NCBI GenBank assembly: GCA_977020255.1 | Contig: CDROCS010000407.1 | Coordinates: forward strand, 310,001 to 374,000 | Length of the DNA stretch: 64,000 nt | Direction: 5' to 3' | Origin: Obrimoposthia wandeli | Lineage: Eukaryota | Shown: piece after piece, positions 36,901 to 48,900 of the stretch | Layout of the letters: the number at the start of each line of letters is the position of its first letter | How positions within the stretch are numbered: the first letter of the stretch is position 1 | Notes under the pieces: generated by a model | Told to the model about the DNA's origin: nothing | Databases searched by the model: none | What the model saw: only the letters and a program-made list of their open reading frames with translations | Made by a program: the position numbers and the translations under genes

Positions 36901-39900
36901 GAGTCGCAGAAATAGACAGGCGCTGACCACATTGTCCACAAACTCCGCGTTGGCCTCGCCGTTCTCCCCACCTTGGCGCAGACGAGAACACACCTCTCTG
37001 AAGACGGCCCTGACACGACTGCGGCAGTGGAGGAGTCACCAATTGGGTCGATTTCGAAAAACACAGGATGTAGAACCAACACAAATGGAAGTTAAGTTAA
37101 CTTGAATCTCATTTAAAACTCTCTTAGTCATTGTTAATATAGATTAAAATATTTGCGTAATGATTCCAAATGGACCATGGCATCGTACTCGTAAATAAAT
37201 AGGACGAAAAAATCAAAACAATGTTAAAATCGAATTAGAATCTTCTTTTTTAATTACTTTATTTCAATTGCCTAACTTTATTGTCCGATAAACTGCTGAC
37301 AAAAACAGTGAGGAATATTGCAAATCCAATGTGTTGCCACAGTTGGGTATCAGAAAAAACAGTTGACGGGGATGTTGTGAGAGATCTCGTATTCCCAGCA
37401 CTCGTCAGTCAAATCCATCCCTTCGTAACTTACGTTTATCAAGCCAATAATACTATATATATATGCCGCGTATACGGAATTTCAAAATTGTTTATTGTAC
37501 AAATCATTGAAAAGTTTATTCCATTATGTGTTTATTAGAATAATAACAACCTCAGCTATGCTTATTTTGGCCTATCACAGAAATAAATGGTTGGCAAATA
37601 GGAGAGAAATTAGTATGCATCCCAGCTCTCTTGACATGCCCAAATAAGAATTACTAACTGGATATTTTCTATTTAAAAATACGAAATGACACGCTCCCCA
37701 GATGGCGAAAGATTACAGAGAAAACATTTTGAATCTTAACAGTGTCCTATTTAATGCACATCGGTATTGTAAATTAAACCCTATCACAATCTTTATTGAA
37801 AGCTATTTGGCAAATAAATACACCACATGATGTCAGAAACAGTTGTACAAGACTGTTGACGTAGCCAGACTCTGGCTCCAATCATCGCACAGATACCTCG
37901 GATTGCGGGAGAATATTCACCGCTGGCGACAAATTACCACGACATTTAGCATAGATTCGGGTTGATCAAAGTGCAGAGAATCTGTCAAAAACAAGATTAC
38001 TGATTCTCAGATCTTTCTAAAGGTATAGAAGTTAAAGTATCACTGGTGATAAGGTTTAAAGAGCTTTTTCACTTTGTTTGATGCAAAAATGGTCTTATTA
38101 TGCTTAGATGACGAAATAATTTTAAGAACAGAATTTATTTACATATAGAGGTTATATTCCCCATTATCACTGATTATTGATTAAGGAATTGGTACCACAA
38201 CAAATTTATGTGTCAGCATTGAGGGCAACAGTGGACAAAAATCGAGATAAATGCTGCGAGCAAATGAGGTCATTGAAGTCATAGTCCATGAAGCAGTCTC
38301 GGCATGGAGGCAGCATGTGAACCGCTAGTGCAGCAGCGCTAGGAATAAATAAACAACCAGCTGACTAATTTATTGGACTCGATAGATACAATTTATATCT
38401 ACTGACTTATCAAGCCATCCAACTTAACCCCACTTATTTACTTTATCTCCAGCAAAAAGTATCGATATTTTAATCCCAATATTATTTTTTTCGTCTAAAC
38501 ACTTACAAAAACTTGCAGGACAATTTATTTGGTGAAATGCAGATTGACTTCATTTTTCATTATGAAATAAATAAAGAAAGAATAAGACAATTACCGACAT
38601 GCTAAGGTTATAAAAGCTGATAATTAGATGCTAAAATTTAAGAAATTGTTCTCAGCACTATTTTACAACTTAGAAGTGACGTTCTTTTACCCGTGACTGT
38701 GTCTGACAGATCTTGCAACTGAAAATGTTTAAACATTTGAAGTTTATCTAATTCGATCGGTCCCAGTTCAGATCCAAGCTAGTGCAACTAACCTGGGCAG
38801 TACGTGGATGTTGGCGAATATCTTGCTGAGTACGGAGGACACAATGGACTCGAGTCTTTCCTGACGTTTACGCATCGCTGAGACGGTGATCGGCTGTTTT
38901 TGCTTGAGCACTCGCTCCCGGTCGATCTCTAGGTCAGGACAACTCAACACGTCCCTGATCATGTCACCCAGCACCGCCTTCAAGTACTGCAAGAGGGTCG
39001 GCATCGTGAGATTGAGATCGTGTACAGTCAAGTCAGTGTTAGGTTATTCGATGTCGAATGTAGAAAATATGGAAATTTAATTCAATCACCTGGGAATTTC
39101 AATGGCATATTTTCGTCAAAAATAAACAGAGTTGAATAGTCGATAATAGTAAATGGTTTAAAAATATTTTGTCAACTTTTTCGTGAAACATTTCTATCAA
39201 TTTTAATTATGAAGATTCAATAATTTAAAATATTTAATATAACATTTAGTTTTAATTTACAAAACAATGAAAAAAGATTATTGTTTACTAAGTATTTAAA
39301 TATATTCAATAATACTTTAATCAATTACTAGCAGCAACGTCTTTGTTTTACCAAATTGGTATATTTTTATTCAAACTTTTATTAGAATTTTCCTAGTAGC
39401 ATTTAATATTTTAATTATAAATTTTCATATAAACCGATTTTAAGCAGTCAGCTATTGTACTTTATTGCATCCAAAAATGCATACAAAGCTAGAGATTTCC
39501 GTGGTCACGAGAACTGTATTCCGACCAGGTGTCAGGCCCCCTTAATTATGAATGTGTAAAATATACTTTCATTTTTAATGTCCAGTTAAAATTTAATTAT
39601 CTTAATTTATATCCCCCTATTTATGGCACGCAATTGACAACTTTTATTACGTCCTTTTCCCAGTGGGTTTTAATAGGGTCTCCTTTTTCTAAGCTTCTTA
39701 TTTTGAACTGCGAGTTTGTTAAATATTTGACGCATCACATATTAGTCGGGGTCAGGGCTCCCGCTAATTTTTTTTACTCGTGTGCGGAAAACTTGAGATT
39801 TGTGCGCTGTTTTAAAAAAATTAAAATTTTTGTGCGCTATATTTTATAAAATTTTTGACACCAATTTTTAATATTACTAATATATCTACATACTTTAATA

Positions 39901-42900
39901 TAACAGAAATAAACATTATCCAATTTATATTTAAAAAACATTTTTCTTAGTTCTTTTCTCGTCGATCTTTCCTACTTATCCACGCTTTGTAAACTTTTGC
40001 CTTGTCTACATCATACCCATCTTGTAAATAGGACTTTGTCCTCATAAGAATGTCCAAATGTTCTTCTCCTAAACTACTCCTAAGCTTGGTTTTAATGGAA
40101 TTCATCAAACTGAATCCACGTTCACAGTCAACACTTGAGGCCAAGAAAGTCCCGCCGATGTCCATCAGCTTAGACAACTCTGAAAATTGTTCATATTGAA
40201 ATACAAAATCTACCATGTCTGAAAATGAGCTCACTGATCCACACTTAATTTTTTCAGCAAGTACGTACTTAAATTCATTATATTGTTCAATTATGAGAGC
40301 ACGGTCTGACAAGAAATGTTGATATTTGTTCCAAAGGGATTCAGTTTGTGTGATGCCAAAAGCATAGGAGGGGGATTTTAATGAAACTAAGTCAAATGCC
40401 GCCCAGTCTTGCACTTCATTTTCTGGGAATCTTTCGACCATATGATTACATAGAATTTTTATGAAATCTTGCAGGCTCTCAATACAGGATGTAACAATAT
40501 CTTCTTTATTAGAGTTTTTAGATAATAAATCATCCACATTTTCTCCCCAAAATACAGTTTCTCCAAGATATCTCTGTCTTATTTTGTTAATTTTCGCATG
40601 TACAAAATTAAATGCATCAAGTGGAGTTAGGCATCTTTTTTGAAGCGTTTTGCTCAAAGCAGCAAATTCCCTAAAAATATCGTTTAAGACCTCTAAAGCT
40701 ATATGAATTTCGAATTTTTCCAATTTCTTGTAACAATATTTAGCGATAGGATCTTCTGCTTTAATTTCTTCGAAGTAAGTAATCAAACTATCATAATTTC
40801 TGACAATAGCCTCCAATGCGAAATGCCGGGATAGCCATCTGACTTCATTAAGTGGCTTAAAGGATATAGCCTCATTTGACAAGCTGCAGCAATATCTTCA
40901 AATCTGCATCGTTTAATTGTAGAACGGGAAAATATTGAATAAATGGTTCTCATCAATGTTTCGACATCTTTCAGCAACTTCACCTTTTTCCAAGAATCTG
41001 TTATACCCAAATCTTCACGATGCAATACGCAGTGTTGCTGTACCAAATGAGGTATACTTTCTTTTAATTTCGAAGCCACGCCATTTCTTCTTCCAAGCAT
41101 CACTGCTGCGCCGTCAGATGTAAACATCACCATTTTCTGTAAATCAAGCTCATTTTTTTCATAAAATTCTCTTATAGCTTTAACAATTGATGTAGCGTCA
41201 CATAATTTTAGTTGAATTATTCCTCCAAATCGAGTCTTATATTCAGAGTGTTTCGTTAGTATTGTCTCTGGACTCAGGGTATTTCCCTAGAAAACCCGAA
41301 TATTATTCCCCTATTAACACAGGTGATATTTTCATAGTAAAAATTGACTCATTAAATACAAAATTACTTTCATTCCAACTTTATTACTTGATCTCCAAAC
41401 CTTTTAACCTTCATATCTCCTATTTCAGAATGTAATTAATCTCGTACCTTGCAAATTTGAATATAAGAACATTTAATGCCGTATGTGATTCTGATGGTGG
41501 ATTGCAAATTCTCTAGGTTCCTATAGGAAAATTATTTATATTCCTGGCTGACATTCTTCTATGATTCGATGTACAAAAATTTGACCATTCTTCTTTACTT
41601 TTTACTTCACTTCTTGGTTTTATTTATTTTTTGTAGTTAAAACATTTTATTACACATATTAGTCATTTTCAAAATTGTATTTAAATATGGATCTGTGATA
41701 CCCACATCGTTTGTAAACTGTTTTTTAATATCTATAATTTTAGTTATTTTATTTCTTTAGTAATTATATGTTAAATGGCAAAACAAACTCATGTAATATT
41801 CAGTTCATGAAATCAATATGAAAAATTTAATTATAATATCAAAATGGTGTGCCAGGTCCTATTCGTAGTTCAACCGTTAAATACCAGCTTCAAAAACATG
41901 GACCCCAGGTAAATATCTTTAAGGGATTTTCATTGATGCACGAACTAGTAGTCACCGTAAAATATGAAGGCAGGGTTAAACCTGAGTTTGATGCTGGGGC
42001 CCAGTTGAGGTTGATTATCAAACCTGGGTGGAGCATGGTTTTTTCGTAGTGCCAAAGTAATAATACCTAGGTATTCCCCAGTGCCAGGACTCCACATTTC
42101 CCCATTTTGGAACCCATAAGGGGTTTTTCACTGGAATGACAAAAAATCAGTTGATTACAATTGCAAAGCTGATATCATTGATATAATAAAGGTAAAAACG
42201 TACTGTATGACATTCCATTTTTAAGAAGCACTCAATGGCCTTTGATCCCATGCTGTTACCGCGCAAAATCAGGTTGATATCTGCACAGAAGTTATTCAAA
42301 TTAAGAAAGAAAATCGTTAAACTGTTAAAATTAAAAACATTTTAAAATATAAAAATGGCAAAATTGTAAAAGAATAATATAAATTTAAATATTCAAATTT
42401 TTATACCGTAACTTCCGGAAAACTACTTACTAACAGTTGTAATTGTTTTTATAGGTGTCATTCTTCCGTCAAGATAGAGTTAAAATAGAGTTTATTCTGT
42501 CATCAAAATGTAGAAAATTCTTAACCACGTTCAAAAGTAAAAGTGCTTATATTTGTTATCAAGGCTGGATTTACATATGAGTTTGTATGGGCAGAATCAA
42601 AACTAGGGGGCCTCAGGACTTCTATGAACCAATTTATAATTTTAAGATACTTTGCTTATGCTTTTAATACCGGAAATTTAGCATAATACATAAAAATATC
42701 AAAAAATTGGTAATGAAATAAATTGGTTGAGTACCGAAATCATTTTAAAAAAATTCTTAACACAAGGGCGAACATACGCAATGAAGGCCTTCAAATTATT
42801 TAGGGTCATGGGCCTCTCGAATCCTAAATCCAGCCATGTTTGTCATGGTTACATATTTTTATAACAAATATATATGAAAATCATTCGACACAAACTGGAA

Positions 42901-45900
42901 ATTGAAGTCACATAATTTAATAAGAATGTCTATTGGGCCATATTTGGTAAGCAGAACTGGGGATATGGGAAATAGCTGAATTTAAACAGAATTTGGAATT
43001 CATGTCAATGTTAGAAAATTTTCATAATAGATTTTTCTAATTTATATATATCGATAAATATATAGCCACAAGTGTTTCCTCGTCCTCAATGAGTTACATG
43101 TGTGTACTAATCGTATATATTCGCAAACAGCTATTTTTCATGTCTTGTTTATATTTCCATAGTATTTTTGGAGCAAAATCAACAATGAGTTTCTATGTTT
43201 AGTGAGTTTTTCTTTATTAATAAATTTCGATTTTACGTTTATACTGTAGATGGCGCGAGCTAGTCTGAAGGGAACAAGCACACATGCGTGTTCCCAACAT
43301 GGGGGTCTGCATTTGTATTGTGTGGCAATAGAATACTGCAGTATAACACACACACACACAATGTGGTCGTAGCGAATAGCACCTACCACACTCTTTGGAC
43401 TCATCACACACGAGTTGTGCCAGGAAGGCCTCGACCCAGCGCTGACGAACGGCGATGCGGACCACGGGTAAAACGAGCTGCTCGCGATATTTGGCGGTGA
43501 TGTACGGCTCGAGCTGCTGCATCAGAGACACCGCCTGGGTTCGGAACAGGTCCAAGAGGCGCGAGTATGCTGTGCCCTTGCAGATGATGCAGAGCGGGAA
43601 GTAGCGGGCACTGAGACGCAGCAATGGAGCCGTGTCACGGACAACAGCCTGTGAAGACGAGACCACTGCAGTGTCGGGGCGACTGGAGTTAAGATCGCAG
43701 GCGGCCGAGAATTTCAGGGATGTGCCTATCCCTGCTGATTGGGGTCCAAACGGCATCGAGATCGGGCTCGGAGAGTACCACTTCTCGGTGGCGCAATGTA
43801 GGTCCAGATCGTCAGGCGAGATGTTGACTTGGCCTGCGTGGCAAGAACCCTAATGAATAATTATGTATTAGCAATCAATAATATGGCATAAAGAGTGATA
43901 ACTTTATTCATAATAATTTGAAATGTAATGACTATTTTCATGAAAATGGACAAGTGTAACTTATCTTGATGAGTAAAATAAATACAAACATTTATCAATA
44001 AACAAATCATTTCATTGTTGTAACTGAACCAATATAGTTTGTTAAAACTTTACAAAATAATGTGGCCAACATTTTTGAACTCCACTGAATTGTGTAACAT
44101 TTTATTTGGTATAGCCGCTAGTACCCCATGCATTGCAGCGATTAGATTAATTGTGCTTCAGTAACGTTTCACGTAAACTCTATCCCGAAACCAATTCAAA
44201 AAGAGTCCCGTATAATAAACAACTTCAAAAGTCTACAATGTTAAAAACGTAATGGCAAAATTTAAAAATTGTTATAAAACAAAAATTATATGCTATAAGT
44301 TACTGCAGATAATCTTTCAAAATTTAAAACAATAGTAAGAATTTATTTTCTCTCTTTTTCCTTAACAATGCGCACCAAATTATTTATTTGACATGGAATT
44401 TAATAAAACAAAAATTACTGAAGAAAATTTTATTTTTGTTCTTAAATTTTGAAAGAAACTTTTGATTAACGCATATAGGGTTAACGCATATATATTAACC
44501 CTTATGAACAATGAGTTGGCATAAATATTTCCACCAAAAGTGTTCTACGTGCAATGTAAATATAAATTTTTCTTTATTTTAGAGGTATTTTATCAAAGTA
44601 TTATTTATTTTTTGCGATTGTAATTATCCCAACAATATTTGGCGGAGAAGGTATTTGTAGAACCAACTTTAGATGGCGTTGATTTTTCTATTCTGCTGTA
44701 AAAGAAACAAGTTGATCGTGTTACTGAGGTGGCAACTCTGAAACTCAGTTATATAATCCTTTTGTAATGATTAATATACTATTGGTGGGAAGAGAAATCT
44801 TTATGTGGGGTAAATTGACTCTCTAACGACCAGTTGATTTTACTCCCGACCTGACTCTTCCAATCCGGCAATGCACGGCTTTCCCAGCGTCAGTTGGGAT
44901 CTGATTGATGTAATCTGCATCAATGCACCTGTACTCGTGCAATTTCTGTGTCCAGTTAGGTGAGCACCGGGAGATTTGCAAAGACAATAGTGTGTGTATG
45001 GGTATTTGTGACAAAATCATTGTTCAGATGAGCCCAGTCCCACAGTTGTAGTTCTGAGACCAGCTACACACAACTGCCGGATTTCTGCTACAATGCTAGC
45101 AAATTCATGCAATTCAACAGTACTCTACAGTTGGAATCCTGGGTAGCAATTTCCCCTTTCCTATATTGAATTAGTACTTTTGTGGCAATTTTAATAAACA
45201 AATTACAACTCAAAGGTCAAATTAGTCATAAATTTCTCGAATATACCGGTGGAAATATGGCTCGCTCCAACTGAAATTTTCATTACACAAAGCAATGTAG
45301 GCCTGAATTAACTTCAAACGACACTTGCATCAGTAGTAGAACATAGTAGTAGTTTAGCGATAAATATACGACAGTCAAAATATACACCAGCTCCAATTAT
45401 TGACTGATATTTACAACACACAGACACACTCTCATAGTAGTTGTTAATAGATCAACAAGCAATCCAATTTGAGTAACTTTTCATAGTGGAAGAAGTAAAA
45501 GAACTGATTGTGCTAAAGTACATCATACCAAATCAATAAACCATTCAACTTACACACAACTTCGGGCGTGTTCTGTCTCTCCTTGGGTCTGGGCATCTTC
45601 CAAATAGTTACGGAAATCATCTCAATCTTCGGCAGACCCCTGTAGAAATGAACACGCCATTATAATTCAATACGACAAAAATATATCTTGCCATTTTGTC
45701 AACACATATTTAATATTTTTACAGTGGAATTGTCATTTTAACGTTTGGAATCAATTATTTAATTTAATTAATGCTGTGATTCAAATTTCTTTAAATGCAC
45801 CACTAAATCAGAAAGGCACAATTCAAATTTTCTTCCTAAGAGCAAGCTTGTTTAGTCCGCATCTGTTCCATTATTTTTTTAGTACAGGAAAAAGTATCAA

Positions 45901-48900
45901 AAAATTGTGATTTGAAATTTCAGAATAATGTAAACGATATAAAATTAGCATCATCAAATAGTTTTTAAAAGGTTCTTTAGTTTTTCTTTTCTTTTTGTAA
46001 TAAAGGCTTCAAATCCAAAATATTTTTACAGTAATTTGCAGTTGTAAGTCGCATCTGCTTCAGTTATTTTTAAAATTTATTCGAAATTGACTAAAACGAA
46101 TTGTACGAGGAATTTTCGAATGTAGGCTAGTATGTTCTAAAAATTTGCCACATGGATTTTGCAAAGATGTCTAAGTACTGTCCTGTAAAACTCAAAATAT
46201 GGATTCATGTTGTCCAATTTGATTCAGAGATTTAAGGATTTTAAACAGCAAATAACAATTGATTTCAAAATAATACTAAATTCTAGGAATGTTACTTGAG
46301 ATCAAATTCTTCTCCCCAGTACAGCATATCCCGCATCTCCTTCACAGAAGTCCGAGCATAAAGAATATCATTCAGCTTGATATCGCAATAGTACCTGGAA
46401 AGCAATGGGAGCATTAATATCGACGTTTCACAAAACCAAGTACCAAAAACGATTGTATGTTACTTATTTATTCATCCAGTAACGGATATTCAATAAATGT
46501 AATTTAACTGGTCTGTTGAAGTTTTTTATAGTGGAATTGTCTAGAATTTATTCGGGTAGTATGGAGCCACTGTTGATCACAGTTTTACTTCGCGATTTGA
46601 TTTTGAATTTCTTTTTATTCTGGCATTTCTCGAATTTATTATAACTCGAATCTTATATCCTGTGATTAGTTCATATAGATATGCTGGCTGCTTTTTAATA
46701 ACACTTATGCACAATTGTCATTATTTTTAAATGGATTGTTCCTCTAACCAACCACTTTCAGATGATTAGTACACTTTCACATCGTTTCATTACAAAGAAA
46801 TCATTTTGAATCATTCGCAGCTTCTTGAATATTTTTAGTATTTAACCAAAATCCTCCACTGAAATTGAAGTATGAAAATTTAGACATAATTAAATAATCA
46901 AGAACCTTATTTTAAAAAGTTCCAATTTTGAAATTGATCTGTAATTTTTCCATGTAAAAATTGTTAACAGAGTGGAGTGTATTATGATTAAAGAGCTGAG
47001 TCTTTCTAGAATACTATGTTAACTGTTATGACATAATTGGATGTCATCTTCTTAATTGAACTAATGATTATATTAAAATTTTGTTTGATTTTCACTTATA
47101 ACTTTTCTATAAAATTCATTAATCCTTTGAATCTGTACAGATATTGTTTGGATAAGGTGTTGAGCGAGTATGGAAACAAACGAATAAACTCACCGGTTCT
47201 TGAGACCCAAATTCGAAGCTTCCTGTACTGTGATCTTCAGCGATGTTTCTTGGGTCACAACTTGGCCTGATTGATCGATAATCTGCTCGATAAGTCTGAA
47301 AATAGCGGGAGAAAATAAATTAGATCCTATCTCAGCAATAGCTTGTTTGTTCCATAAAATATTTTAATTGAATAAACATCGAAAGGAAGCAAAATAAATG
47401 TAGACGAGAAGACAATTGTTCAAACTTGTCAAAATATGGAAAATCACAGGTAGACCAAGTAGAGTATTTCATTTGGAGAATTATATCAATTCGAATATAA
47501 AGTGTTTGATTGTTAAATCTTTCTTTACCGTGTTAAATTGTAATAAATAAATAAGTATAACTATAAACATGTGTATTAAACTAATCAGAATTGTATAAAT
47601 AATATAATATAAATAGCACTTTCGGATTACTTCTGCATTTCTTCTTACCATGTTTCGAATGTAGAGTTGATTACATGGAATTAATTTTGATTTAATTACT
47701 TTTTTCATTAATGATCAAATGCTTTCTATGGTATTAAAATCGTTCAATATATTGTTCTGAATTCCAACCGACATTTTAAACTCTTGGTTAATATGCTTCA
47801 ACGAAAAGTTGCATTTTCATCTATGCCGGGTCTCGTTTAATAAATAAATCTGCTATACATAATTTTCTAGAACATTTACATAACTTTTACTATTCATTTC
47901 ATAGCTAACCAGATTGCTCCTCATATTAAGACTTTTGCACTATATTGTTGCAACGGCACAAATGCTTCGTCAATTTGATCTTCACAACTTCTTACCAAAA
48001 CTTTGATTCTTCCGTCCAATCGAGATAAATAGACACGAACCTCAATTCTGTACCATTGGGCTTCTCCACCAACAATGTCGCATAGACCATTTTAGTCTAT
48101 ACTCCGTCTGAATAATTTCATGTTTTCGTTTCTTATATTTAAAACTAAATGACTTTGATTAACAGACGCTTCTTTCTGAAATATTTAAATCTAAACTTTT
48201 TACAATTTCTTTAAATCTGATTTTCCGATTACAGACAACACCTCGTCTTATATGAAATCCTATATGGTAGTTGTCACCCAGAGTCACATTTCTTGTCAAT
48301 CGGAAGATTGATTAAATAAAATAACACACATCTAATTCTTATTAAGTTACCTGTTTTTCTCACTAAATCGGCGGCATTAAATTTCAAATCTACATTTTTG
48401 ATATTAAAGGTCATTTTGTTCAAGCGCAATGAATAGATAAGTTAATAACACTTCATAACATAATTATTATTACTATCTACAAGTTTTTATGGCCACTTCT
48501 ATATTTTTTTTATTTATTATCTCTTTTGCTTTTTTTCACAACTCAATAGGTTTTTGTTTTACTCAACAATTTACACAACCCCACATTTTAATGTTAATGA
48601 AAGGAATTTGACAACATATTAAATTTTTATTCCAACATATTTTCAAATCAAGGAAATTTGAAGCGGAACAGTTTCACTTTTGTTACACAAACTGCTTTTA
48701 TAAAATACTTATTTACCGGTAATTTATACAGTTAAACCAATTTTAATGTTTAAGTGCATGATTAAATGTTATATTATTAGTTTACTACAATAAAATCATT
48801 AGTATAGTAGTAAATGTTTAATGAGTAGATGTTTATACATAATATTAACTATTAAGACTATCGATTTTTTTTTAAAATTAATACAATTTTATTAGAACGT

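Noticed and set aside
43632-43853. Plus-strand ORFs overlapping RasGAP exons (also 33780-34072, 34828-35124, 36887-37105)
   Set aside because: Antisense shadows of GC-rich coding exons.
44107-44140. Helitron-like 5' end CTAGTACCCCATGCATTGCAGCG
   Set aside because: No matching 3' end identified.
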